Below are positions 40,208 to 49,416 of a DNA stretch of 64,000 nucleotides, in pieces. Every line of letters starts with the position of its first letter. The stretch's first letter is position 1. The stretch spans positions 374,648 to 438,647 of the forward strand of contig CAZTYE010000002.1 of the NCBI GenBank assembly GCA_964617645.1, given 5' to 3'. The notes beneath the pieces were generated by a model that saw nothing but the letters and a program-made list of their open reading frames with translations, searched no databases and was not told the origin of the DNA. Origin of the DNA: an uncultured Ignavibacteria bacterium (GTDB taxonomy: Bacteria > Zixibacteria > MSB-5A5 > CAIYYT01). The position numbers were made by a program, and so were the translations under genes.

Positions 40208-41920
40208 TTAGAATTTGTTCGTGATCGGCCAGCGACGATCTTTGCCGAACGCGCGCGGTGTGATTCGCGCCCCCGGTGGCGATTGGCGGCGTTTGTATTC
40301 GGCATTGCCCACCATGCGAATAACCCGCCGCACCGTCTTGGGGTCAAAACCCGCCGCAATGATTTCGCGCTCGTCGGTGTCGAGCTCCACATACAGCCTG
40401 AGGATCTCGTCGAGAATCTCATAGGGAGGCAGCGAATCGGTATCGAGTTGGTCTTCCTTCAATTCCGCCGTCGGCGGCCGCTTGATAATCGTCCTGGCAA
40501 TGACCTCTCGCCGGCGCGATTTGTTCAGGTGCCGGCAAATTCGGTACACCAGCGTCTTGGGAATGTCTTTTAGCACGGCGAAGCCGCCGACCATGTCGCC
40601 GTAGAGCGTCGTGTATCCGACAGCCGCTTCCGATTTGTTCGAGGTATTCAGCACCAGCGCGCCGAACTTGTTGGAATAGGCCATCAGCAAATTGCCGCGA
40701 ATGCGCGCCTGCAGATTTTCGCCGGTGAGTCCGGTCGTGCAGTCACCGTAAGCCGGATTGAGTAACTCGGCGTAATCTTCAAAGAGATCGACGATCGGGA
40801 GATCGTCCATCTTGAGCTTGAGAAGTTTCGCTTGATGAGCCGCCGCGCGATGCGATAGCTCCGAAGTAAATCGCGAAGGCATGAAGAGCAAGTGCACGTT
40901 CTTGCTGCCAAGCGCATCCGTCGCCACCGCCGCCGTCAATGCCGAGTCGATTCCGCCGGACATGCCGATGACGACCTGCGTGAATCTGTTTTTGCCCACA
41001 TAGTCGCGGGTCGCCTGCACGATGGCCTGGTAGACTTCCTCCGTCGGGTCCAGCAGGCTGGCGACTTGATTCTTGTGCTCGCGCGCCGGTGGTCGTGATT
41101 GCTGGTCAAGCTCCGCGTACCGAACCGGAAATTGCGAATTTCCCATCGTGCCGGCGCGCTTGAGCAAATCGAATGTCGACTGATTCGCGCCTTTCGTCTC
41201 GGGAATGTCAACGATCAGCAGCTCTTCTCGAAATTGCGCAGCCCGCGCGATCACTTTCCCCTTCGGATCGATCGCGACCGAGGCGCCGTCGAAGATCAGC
41301 TCGTCCTGGCCGCCGACCATGTTGCAGTACAACACATGAATCTTGTTGCGAATCGCGCGATCGCGCAGCATGGCGATGCGTTCATCGGCTTTGTGGTGGT
41401 GGTACGGCGACGCGGAGATGTTCATCACAATCGCGGCGCCGAATGTCGCTTGCTGCTCGGTGATGCCGGGACACATCCAGATGTCTTCGCAGATATTGAT
41501 CCCCAGCAGCGTGTCGCGGATTCGCAGTAGCGGCATCTCATTGCCCGGCTGGAAATAGCGCTTCTCATCGAACACGCCGTAATTCGGAAGCGCCACCTTT
41601 TCGTACGAAAGTTGCAGTTTCTTGCCCGCGATCAGTGCCGCCGAATTGAAGACGCTCAATCCCTCGGAACCGGTATAGCCGCAGATAATCGCCCGCCCGT
41701 CCGATTTGGCGATGAGCTTCTGCAGGTAAATCTGATTAGCTTCGACGAAGCTCCGATTAAGCAGGAGGTCTTCCGGCGGATAGCCGCACAACGACAGCTC
41801 CGGAAAGAGGACCAAATCGCAGGCTTGCGCGCGGGTTTGCTGCAGGGCAGCGAGGATTTTGGCAAGATTGCCGTCAAAGTCCCCGACCGTCGGGTTGATT
41901 TGTCCGAGGGCGATCCGCAA
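40208..41920 (-). CDS. nadE: Glutamine-dependent NAD+ synthetase
   Basis: Nitrilase domain (FPELS, K, ICEDIW) plus SGGIDS, ENLQARIRG, NKSE and EYKRRQ. Confidence 0.96.
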   Translation of the reverse strand: MRIALGQINPTVGDFDGNLAKILAALQQTRAQACDLVLFPELSLCGYPPEDLLLNRSFVEANQIYLQKLIAKSDGRAIICGYTGSEGLSVFNSAALIAGKKLQLSYEKVALPNYGVFDEKRYFQPGNEMPLLRIRDTLLGINICEDIWMCPGITEQQATFGAAIVMNISASPYHHHKADERIAMLRDRAIRNKIHVLYCNMVGGQDELIFDGASVAIDPKGKVIARAAQFREELLIVDIPETKGANQSTFDLLKRAGTMGNSQFPVRYAELDQQSRPPAREHKNQVASLLDPTEEVYQAIVQATRDYVGKNRFTQVVIGMSGGIDSALTAAVATDALGSKNVHLLFMPSRFTSELSHRAAAHQAKLLKLKMDDLPIVDLFEDYAELLNPAYGDCTTGLTGENLQARIRGNLLMAYSNKFGALVLNTSNKSEAAVGYTTLYGDMVGGFAVLKDIPKTLVYRICRHLNKSRRREVIARTIIKRPPTAELKEDQLDTDSLPPYEILDEILRLYVELDTDEREIIAAGFDPKTVRRVIRMVGNAEYKRRQSPPGARITPRAFGKDRRWPITNKF

Positions 41921-42041
41921 TTCAGATTCCTTGGTTAGCCGGCCGTCATCCGTTCATTGGCGACAACAATTAACCATTCGCCGGTATGATTGCAAGCGGC
42001 AAAGTGTTTCGCCGAATCGCGGAGTTCGCATTGCGTGGCGC

Positions 42042-42431
42042 TTAGCGGTACGCGATGACTTCGATCTCGACCAGCACATCTAATGGCAACTTGGCCACTT
42101 GCACGGTCGACCGCGCCGGATAGTCACCGCTGAAATACGAGGCATAGACTTCGTTCATCGCCTTGAAATCGTCCATGCTCTTGAGAAAGACCGTCGTCTT
42201 GAGCACGTTGTTCAGACTCGATCCGGCGGCAATGAGCAAACCGGAGATATTCTTGAAAACCTGATGCGTCTGTGCGGCGATCTCGCCGTCAACGACCTTG
42301 CCGGCAGCGGGATCGATCGGAATCTGCCCCGAGCAGAAAATCAGGGTTCGGCAATCGGCGTGCACGACGGCCTGCGAATACGGCCCGATCGCCTGTGGTG
42401 CATTGGTGGTGGCGATAACCTGCTTTGACAT
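42042..42431 (-). CDS. ridA: RidA/YjgF-family enamine/imine deaminase
   Basis: APQAIGPYSQA, SGQIP and PARSTVQVAKLP motifs. Confidence 0.92.
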   Translation of the reverse strand: MSKQVIATTNAPQAIGPYSQAVVHADCRTLIFCSGQIPIDPAAGKVVDGEIAAQTHQVFKNISGLLIAAGSSLNNVLKTTVFLKSMDDFKAMNEVYASYFSGDYPARSTVQVAKLPLDVLVEIEVIAYR

Positions 42432-42526
42432 GAATAACCCTCGCTTGATTAACTATACAACCTGCAGAGAATATAGAAGCGCTCGCCCCAGAAGTCACGC
42501 CCATCTTTGGCTGCGGCATAGGCCGG

Positions 42527-42560
42527 AAATAAAAACGGGGCGGGAGCAGAGCCCGCCCCG
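42527..42560 (-). terminator. Intrinsic terminator
   Basis: Minus strand CGGGGCGGG-ctctgct-CCCGCCCCG followed by TTTTTATTT. Confidence 0.8.
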
Positions 42561-42828
42561 GCGCAATTCCGATCACGACGGACGTCCTCACAACGCCGGA
42601 TCGGAATATCCTTCTGCGGCGGCGAGGGTCGTGCCGCCCCGGAAGATTCATTCGAAGCGTTTTGGCGCGACTTTTCTTCGCGTCGGGCGAGCATGCACCA
42701 GTTCGATTTCCCAACGCGAGAATTTTGCGTAATCGCTTACGTTATTTACGCGCCGGACACGAAACTGTTCAGTTGATAGACGAAAAAGACGCCCCGATGA
42801 TGACTACAATTTCGTGAACGGTATTTCG

Positions 42829-43221
42829 CTACGCGGAGTCGCCGGGAAAGATCTGCGCCAGTGCGGCTCGGAGCTGGCCGGCCGATCGCGCGGCGATGAA
42901 CTCGACTCTCAGCCCGGCTTTTTCGAAGTGGCGGCGTTTCTCCTCGACGCGATCATTGTAATACGGCATATGGCCGAAACCGCAGATTTCGACAAACAAC
43001 TCGAGTTGCGGCAAGTAGAAGTCCGGCCGGTACTGCCTGCTGCCGAGAACGATCAGCGGCTCGTACTGAAAATCCAGCCTCCGCTCGCGAAACCACTCGA
43101 TCGCCGCCTGCTCCAACTTGGAGCGAATCGGGCGCTCGCCGGCGGCAATCTTCGGCTGTTTCCGCAGTTCCCCGCGCGGTATCTGCAGCGGCATGCCGGT
43201 TTTCCTGCGCAACGGTCGCAT
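42829..43221 (-). CDS. Small PD-(D/E)XK nuclease-fold protein
   Basis: RSKLE...YEP...YRPDFYL...FVEICG pattern; start uncertain. Confidence 0.75.
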   Translation of the reverse strand: MRPLRRKTGMPLQIPRGELRKQPKIAAGERPIRSKLEQAAIEWFRERRLDFQYEPLIVLGSRQYRPDFYLPQLELFVEICGFGHMPYYNDRVEEKRRHFEKAGLRVEFIAARSAGQLRAALAQIFPGDSA

Positions 43222-43313
43222 AAGCGAATTTGCTTCGCCGGTTGCTGAATGTCAAGTTTCCCACTGCGAAAAGCGCCGTCCCGCGCTTGTACGAGGGACG
43301 GCGCTGATATTCC

Positions 43314-45239
43314 CTATTCTTCCCAGCCGAGCGGCTCGGTGCCCGGCTCAGGCGTTTCCTTGGACTTGAGCATCTTATCCGCCTGCGCAATCAGATGCAT
43401 CAACTCCGTAACTTGCTCGTTCGACTTCTCCATCTCGACGCCGCGCACGACTTCCAGCACGTCGCTCAGGCGACTCTTCTTCGCCCAGTACGATCCGCGC
43501 AAGATCTCGGAGAATTCCGCCGCCGCAGCCGCCAGGCGAAAATCACTCGAAGTCTGCGAAAACCGCCCGCGAACCAATTCCCGCGTCAGTGTCTCGGAAA
43601 CTTCGCGGACGGCGCCAGTTTCCGGATGCTTATAGCGAATGAAAATCGTGCCGATATCGCCGGTCGCTTCCGGCCGAAGCTTGATCTCGTAGAGCGCCGT
43701 CGTCATGTGTCCCGAGCCGATCTCGCCACCGTCGACGGCGTCATTGCGGAAGTCCTCGTCGGCAACGTCGCGGTTTTCGTAAACCAGCAGCCGATAGCGT
43801 TCGACCACCGCCGGATCGAAATCGACCTGAATCTTCACGTCGCGGGCGATCACCTGGAGCGTACCCGTGAGATTTTCCATGAACACCCGCTGCGCTTCGG
43901 TCCAGCTGTCGACGTAGGCGTAGTGCCCGTTGCCCTTGTTGCCAAGCTGTTCCATGAGCACATCATTGTAGTTGCCCATGCCAAAACCGACTGCCGTCAG
44001 CGTGATACCGCGGTCGGCATAGCCTTTGATGAACGTCATGAACTCGTCGACCGACGTCTGCCCGACATTCGCGACACCGTCCGAGCAAAGAATCAGCCGG
44101 TTGATCGCGCCGTGCTGAAAATTGCGGTCGGCCATCTGGTAAGCCAGCCGCAAACCGGCCTCGGCATTGGTCGCACCATCGGGAATCAGGCTCTCGATGG
44201 CATTGATGATTCGTTCCTTGTCGCGAATCGAGGTCGGATCCAGCAGCACGCGTGCCGTGCTGCCGTAGATCACGATTCCGACCTGATCGCGCGGCGTAAG
44301 CTGATCTACCAGCATCCGCAACGCCCGCCGCACCGTGCCCAGACGATCCTCGCGATTCATTGAGCCGGAAACATCGACGACAAACACCAGTCGCGCGTCG
44401 CGCCGCTGGGTGTCGGCGATCTTCTGCCCGGCAATGCCGATCCGCAGCAGGTGATACTTCTCGCCGAACCGGGATGGCGCCCCTTCCAGATGCACCGTAA
44501 ACGCCTTGTCGCGCGGGCAGGCGTAGTCGTACTTGAAATTATTCACGAATTCTTCGACGCGCACTGCGTCCTGCGGCGGCAGGTTGCCCGAGTTGATATA
44601 CGAACGCGCCATCGCATAGGAGGCATTATCGACATCGATTGCGAAGGTTGAGAAGTGATCGTCTTCAGTATCGATGATGGGATTCACGCCATAGTGCTTG
44701 AAGAACATGGCGTCGAACGGCTCGCCATTCGGCGGCCGATTGCCTCCGTGCGCCGGCGGCGGTGAGGATGGCGGATAGCAACCACCGATAGCGACTCGAC
44801 TGCCGCGCATCTGAATCTTGCCATATTCCTCCTGCCGCATGTTCTTGGTCTCTACCATTTGTATTGCCCCCGGCGCTGCAAGGACAATCTGCGCCTCCGT
44901 TTCAATCAGGCTCTCTTCGAGTGTGAAGTTGACCTCTGCCGTCGAATCCGAAACGACCTTAACATTCTGTATCAACACCGGCGTATAGCCGGTGACCGAC
45001 GCTCGCAGCGTGTAAACGCCCGGCGGCACATTCACGATCAGGAAATTCCCGTTGCCGTCCGCTTGCGCGCCCATTGTCGTGCCGGTAATTTCGACAACCG
45101 CAAACCCAATCGGAGCTTTGGTTTTGAGATTGATGATTTGACCTTTGATTTTTCCGGTCGATGCCGACTCCAAATCGGCGCAGATCGCGGCCAGCAAGCC
45201 GACAGCCGCCACGATCACCAGCAGGGAATACCGTTTCAT
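43314..45239 (-). CDS. YfbK-like VWA protein with an N-terminal carboxypeptidase-regulatory-like domain
   Basis: STFAIDVDNASY, VRVEEFVNNF.Y, DVSGSM, LCSDGVANVG and DGGEIG.GH..TALYE motifs; signal peptide from MKRY. Confidence 0.92.
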   Translation of the reverse strand: MKRYSLLVIVAAVGLLAAICADLESASTGKIKGQIINLKTKAPIGFAVVEITGTTMGAQADGNGNFLIVNVPPGVYTLRASVTGYTPVLIQNVKVVSDSTAEVNFTLEESLIETEAQIVLAAPGAIQMVETKNMRQEEYGKIQMRGSRVAIGGCYPPSSPPPAHGGNRPPNGEPFDAMFFKHYGVNPIIDTEDDHFSTFAIDVDNASYAMARSYINSGNLPPQDAVRVEEFVNNFKYDYACPRDKAFTVHLEGAPSRFGEKYHLLRIGIAGQKIADTQRRDARLVFVVDVSGSMNREDRLGTVRRALRMLVDQLTPRDQVGIVIYGSTARVLLDPTSIRDKERIINAIESLIPDGATNAEAGLRLAYQMADRNFQHGAINRLILCSDGVANVGQTSVDEFMTFIKGYADRGITLTAVGFGMGNYNDVLMEQLGNKGNGHYAYVDSWTEAQRVFMENLTGTLQVIARDVKIQVDFDPAVVERYRLLVYENRDVADEDFRNDAVDGGEIGSGHMTTALYEIKLRPEATGDIGTIFIRYKHPETGAVREVSETLTRELVRGRFSQTSSDFRLAAAAAEFSEILRGSYWAKKSRLSDVLEVVRGVEMEKSNEQVTELMHLIAQADKMLKSKETPEPGTEPLGWEE

Positions 45240-45583
45240 CGCTTCCTCCGCGATAGAAGTTCTCGGTTTCATGTCGCCGGAATTACAAGCGGGCGGTACG
45301 CTTTATTCCCGACGGCGTTGTTTCGTTAGCTCGGAATTTGTCGTGAGGTTCACCGATTGCGCGTGGCCGGCGGGGCTTCGGCGCGCTGCGCAATCAGCGA
45401 GGGAACTACTGAGGCCGTGGCGAGCGTGCGCGCGACATGCCGCCATTCACAATCGTGATCTTCAGAGTGCTGGCAGATAATCCGCCAACGAGTGCTTCCC
45501 GAGATTACGACGGTGAATGATCCAAAGTGTTCAATTAAATGTTGCCTTGCCGATCAAAGATCGCCCCGCTAACTTGATATCGA

Positions 45584-45949
45584 ATGCTAAAGCCCACCAA
45601 ACTCGCCAACATCGACGCACGCGAGTGCCGCAAGCGCGAGATCATCTCACTCCTGGCGTTCATCGCCACCGTGTTTGTGTTTCTGGCTTTGAAAGTCTAC
45701 GATGTCGGCCGCTTGTGGTACGTGTTATTGTTCGCGACCAGCTTCGCCGCGGTGCTGGGTCTGCTTCAGGCCCGAGAAAAAACCTGAACCCGACTCGCGG
45801 CGCTGGGTCGGCGCAAACTGAATGACGTCGAAGAGACGATCAACAATCCCACTGAAATCGCCCAATTGCGCCTGCAGGCGCGCTGGATTCTCATTCGCGC
45901 GACACTCGTCGCCGGAGTCTTCACGGCGCTGGCGGTGGTCTTCGGCTGA
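45584..45949 (+). CDS. Small membrane protein, candidate selenoprotein (UGA at 45785-45787 read through)
   Basis: The frame continues 53 sense codons past the TGA and ends in a third TM helix; SECIS-like hairpin at 45800-45814. Confidence 0.65.
45800..45814 (+). promoter_or_regulatory. Candidate bacterial SECIS element
   Basis: GCGCUG-GGU-CGGCGC stem starting 13 nt after the UGA; loop G and U fall at positions 23 and 24 counting from the U of UGA. Confidence 0.55.
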
Positions 45950-46177
45950 GACTATGGCACGCATCCGAAACGGTGCCCCACAGACCTGTCCCGTTCTGCG
46001 GGATTGCTGTGGGTTCCCCACTCGCCGGGCACCACACCGGCTCGGTGGGCTCAGTCCGCTCTCCCATCGGGTTAAACACAGCGGGTCAGCCAGTCGTGTC
46101 CAATCGCTAAAGCGACACCACACTCCAACAACGATCTATCCTTGCCTTGCCAACCTTGATCGTGTAGCTTCAGCGAC

Positions 46178-46621
46178 ATGATCATCAAACTGATCAAGTT
46201 CAACACCTGGCTCGCCTACGCTTGCGGGATTTTCGCTCTGCTGCTCGCGCCGCAAATCGTCGACACCATGGCCGTCGCAATGGGGGCGCGCGCCGACCGG
46301 ATTCTCACGAATCAGGTTTACTTCATCGCCGTCGCGCTGGTTCGTGTTGTCGGTGTCATGATGTTTGCCTACGCGTTCTTGATTCGTATGCTCCTGAAGC
46401 GGGAATTTCAGATCGACAACCTGCGGCAAACCGGAATGTTGCTCGCCATCGGCGCGCTCGTGTGGACGGCGGCGTTCCTCTTTCTGCTCCCGACTCGAAG
46501 CGCCACCGTGCTCGCGGCAGTCGGCGTCGGCTTGCTGGAGTGGCTGGCGATTCCGGTGTTGCTGATCTTTGAATACAAAAAGACTGATTCGTGGCAGTCG
46601 GTCAAACCGCCGGAATCATAG
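46178..46621 (+). CDS. Hypothetical 4-TM membrane protein
   Basis: Four hydrophobic segments; host-like codon usage. Confidence 0.7.
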   Translation: MIIKLIKFNTWLAYACGIFALLLAPQIVDTMAVAMGARADRILTNQVYFIAVALVRVVGVMMFAYAFLIRMLLKREFQIDNLRQTGMLLAIGALVWTAAFLFLLPTRSATVLAAVGVGLLEWLAIPVLLIFEYKKTDSWQSVKPPES

Positions 46622-46657
46622 TCGAATCGCTGCCGGCAAATTCGCTCTTGAGCTTGA

Positions 46658-46984
46658 CTACAGGCCCAGACTGCCTAACCCCGGAATACTCAAGCCGCCG
46701 GTCAGAGCGCTCATCGTCTCCTGCTGCATCCGCTGCGCGTCCTGTTGCGCCTGCGTAATCGCCGAGACAATCATCTCCTCGAGCATTTCGACATCGGCGT
46801 CTTTCAAAACCTCCGGATCGATCTTGACCTCCTTGAGATCGCCTTTGCCGCTGACGACGGCTTTCACCATGCCCCCGCCGGCTGAGGCCTCGACCCGCTT
46901 TTCATCCAGTTCGGCTTGCAGCTCCATCATCTTGGCCTGCATCTTCTGAACTTGCTTCATCATATCGCCAAAACCTTTGGCCAT
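46658..46984 (-). CDS. ybaB: YbaB/EbfC nucleoid-associated protein
   Basis: MMKQVQKMQ, GGGMV and D.EMLEE motifs; directly downstream of dnaX. Confidence 0.95.
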   Translation of the reverse strand: MAKGFGDMMKQVQKMQAKMMELQAELDEKRVEASAGGGMVKAVVSGKGDLKEVKIDPEVLKDADVEMLEEMIVSAITQAQQDAQRMQQETMSALTGGLSIPGLGSLGL

Positions 46985-47020
46985 TACTCGCTCCTGTATG
47001 AATGCTCAGCTATTCGGAAG

Positions 47021-48694
47021 TTATACGTCGCGACGCGCGACAATCTCGGCGTCGAGAATCTCAATGGCCTGCGCCACCATCGGGTGCGCCGTTTTGTCGG
47101 CGTCGGTAAACAGAGCCGCCTTGCTGTCGGTCGCAGTCATCTGAACCTTTGGCGCCCAACCGGGATCAACAAAGAAGTGGAGTCGCAACTCGCGTCCCGC
47201 CACGTCGCGGATTACTTGCTCCAGCGTTTGTTGAATGCTGCGATCCTGGAAATAACGCACGTGAACCTCGCCCAGCCGGTCAAACGCGACGGAAAAGCGG
47301 TTGCCTTCGATGGACCGGGGCTGCGCCAATGTCAGCTTGATCTGCAGACTGCGGTGGCGAGGTTTGAGCGCCTGCAAAAATCGATCCCACAACGACGCGG
47401 CGCCTTCGTCGGAATCTGGTCCCGCCATTGTGCCGCCGTCTGCGGCGGCATTGTTCGAAGGAAGCGCTGCAACTGCGGCCGGCGCCGTAGTCGCCGGCGC
47501 TACAGGCGCCGATTTTTTTTTCGCTTCGGCCGCTTGCGCGTCGAAGGGCACCGCTGACGGTTGCGCACCGGAAAGCGTCTTCAGTATCGCTTCAACGCTG
47601 ACTGTCGCTTCCATCTGCACCAGTTTGAGCAATGTCAACTCGAGATTGATCACCGGTTCGAAACCGTCGCGGATTTTCCCCTCCAGATCGACCAGCACTT
47701 GCTGAATTCTCAGCAGATCCCCGATCTCGTAGTCGGCAGCGCGCGCTTTGTAATCGGCGGATTCTTCCGGCGTCACGCCGTAATCGGCGCCGATATCCGG
47801 CGCGGCTTTGAACACCAACAGAAACCTAACTTCTTCCTGAAATCCGCGGACAAACTCCGCCGCGCTGACTCCGGCGCGCAGGACTTCATCGACCCGCTGC
47901 AGGAGTGCGGCGGAATCCCGATCGCGAATCTTGATCAGCCAATCCCGATACTCGCTGCGCGGCAAAATTCCCAGCGCCTGCGTAATGAGCGCGAGATCGA
48001 TCTTGTCCTGTTGCCACGACGCCACCTGATCGAGAATCGACAGCGCGTCACGCAAACTGCCGTCGCCGCGTCGCGCCAATTCGGCAACGGCGTCGTCCGT
48101 AACCGTCAGATTCTCTTTTTCGGCTATCCCTTTGATCGCGCTGCGCAGTTCCGATTCCGATATCCGCCGGAAATCGTAACGTTGGCAGCGCGACAGAATC
48201 GTCTGCGGCACCTTCTGCGCCTCGGTTGTCGCAAAGACGAACACGGCGTGCGCCGGCGGTTCTTCGAGAGTCTTCAGCAGCGCGTCAAATGCCGAACCGC
48301 TCAAGCGATGCACTTCGTCGATAATGTAGACTTTGTATTTGCCGCCGACCGGTGAGTACTTGATCGCCTCGCGCAACTCGCGCACGTCATCGACCGAAGT
48401 ATGCGACGCGGCGTCGATTTCGAGAATGTCCAGCGAGCGGCCTTTGATAATGCCGAGGCACGATTCGCAGGCGTCGCACGGTTCCGCGCCTTGCGGGTTC
48501 GCGCAATTCAACCGCTTCGCCAGAATCCGCGCGACCGTCGTTTTGCCGGTCCCCCGAACGCCGCAAAACAAATAGGCCTGCGCGATGCGGTCATGTTCAA
48601 TCGCCCGCGTCAAAGTCTCGGTGATATGGCGCTGCGCCAGAACTTCCGCAAACTTTTGCGGCCGGTACTTGCGGGAAAAAACGTAATAGCTCAT
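47021..48694 (-). CDS. dnaX: DNA polymerase III tau/gamma subunit
   Basis: RKYRPQ.F, G.RGTGKTT, Zn-cluster C..C..C, IIDEVH, LLKTLEEPP and SRCQ motifs. The start is the ATG at 48694, because the longer call runs into the SRP RNA. Confidence 0.97.
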   Translation of the reverse strand: MSYYVFSRKYRPQKFAEVLAQRHITETLTRAIEHDRIAQAYLFCGVRGTGKTTVARILAKRLNCANPQGAEPCDACESCLGIIKGRSLDILEIDAASHTSVDDVRELREAIKYSPVGGKYKVYIIDEVHRLSGSAFDALLKTLEEPPAHAVFVFATTEAQKVPQTILSRCQRYDFRRISESELRSAIKGIAEKENLTVTDDAVAELARRGDGSLRDALSILDQVASWQQDKIDLALITQALGILPRSEYRDWLIKIRDRDSAALLQRVDEVLRAGVSAAEFVRGFQEEVRFLLVFKAAPDIGADYGVTPEESADYKARAADYEIGDLLRIQQVLVDLEGKIRDGFEPVINLELTLLKLVQMEATVSVEAILKTLSGAQPSAVPFDAQAAEAKKKSAPVAPATTAPAAVAALPSNNAAADGGTMAGPDSDEGAASLWDRFLQALKPRHRSLQIKLTLAQPRSIEGNRFSVAFDRLGEVHVRYFQDRSIQQTLEQVIRDVAGRELRLHFFVDPGWAPKVQMTATDSKAALFTDADKTAHPMVAQAIEILDAEIVARRDV

Positions 48695-48725
48695 GCGCTC
48701 TTTGATTGCCTCGGTGAACGGTAAT

Positions 48726-48860
<135 letters not shown>

Positions 48861-48867
48861 CCAAGCG

Positions 48868-48896
48868 ATAATACCGCGACGACGGCGGCGAGTCAA
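48868..48896 (-). promoter_or_regulatory. Sigma70 promoter of ffs-dnaX
   Basis: TTGACT-17 nt-TATTAT, ending 7 nt before the RNA stem. Confidence 0.75.
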
Positions 48897-49010
48897 TCGC
48901 CAAATTCCCCTTACTCCCGTATAGATGAAGATCATCTTGCGCACATACGGTGTAGCGGCAGGAATCACTCCGGCTCACACAGTGCGGCGGCAGGAATCAC
49001 TCCAGCACAC

Positions 49011-49147
49011 GGGACTGTTGAAAGAGTCCTATAGGCTGTCACCCTGAGCCGCTGCGCAGGCGAAGGGTCTGTTGGTATTGCTGCACAAGGCCAAGCAGAT
49101 TCTTTGCTGCGCGCAGAATGACATAAATTAGATTTTTCACCAGTCTC
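49011..49147. mobile_element. MITE copy B (137 bp)
   Basis: GGGACTGTTGAAAG / TTTTCACCAGTCTC ends; ACAC duplication. Confidence 0.85.
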
Positions 49148-49279
49148 ACACACTGTGCAGCGGCAGGAATCACTCCGGCTCACACAGTGCAGCGGCAGGA
49201 ATCACTCCGGCTCACACAGTGCGGCGGCAGGAATCACTCCGGCTCACACAGTGCGGCGGCAGGAATCACTCCAGCACAC

Positions 49280-49416
49280 GGGACTGTTGAAAGAGTCCTA
49301 TAGGCTGTCACCCTGAGCCGCTGCGCAGGCGAAGGGTCTGTTGGTATTGCTGCACAAGGCCAAGCAGATTCTTTGCTGCGCGCAGAATGACATGAATTAG
49401 ATTTTTCAACAGTCTC
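49280..49416. mobile_element. MITE copy C (137 bp, near-identical to B)
   Basis: GGGACTGTTGAAAG / TTTTCAACAGTCTC ends; ACAC duplication. Confidence 0.85.

Noticed and set aside
45822-46181. 119 aa ORF following the 67 aa ORF
   Set aside because: Different frame with a Ser/Arg-rich non-coding character; the read-through frame explains this DNA better.
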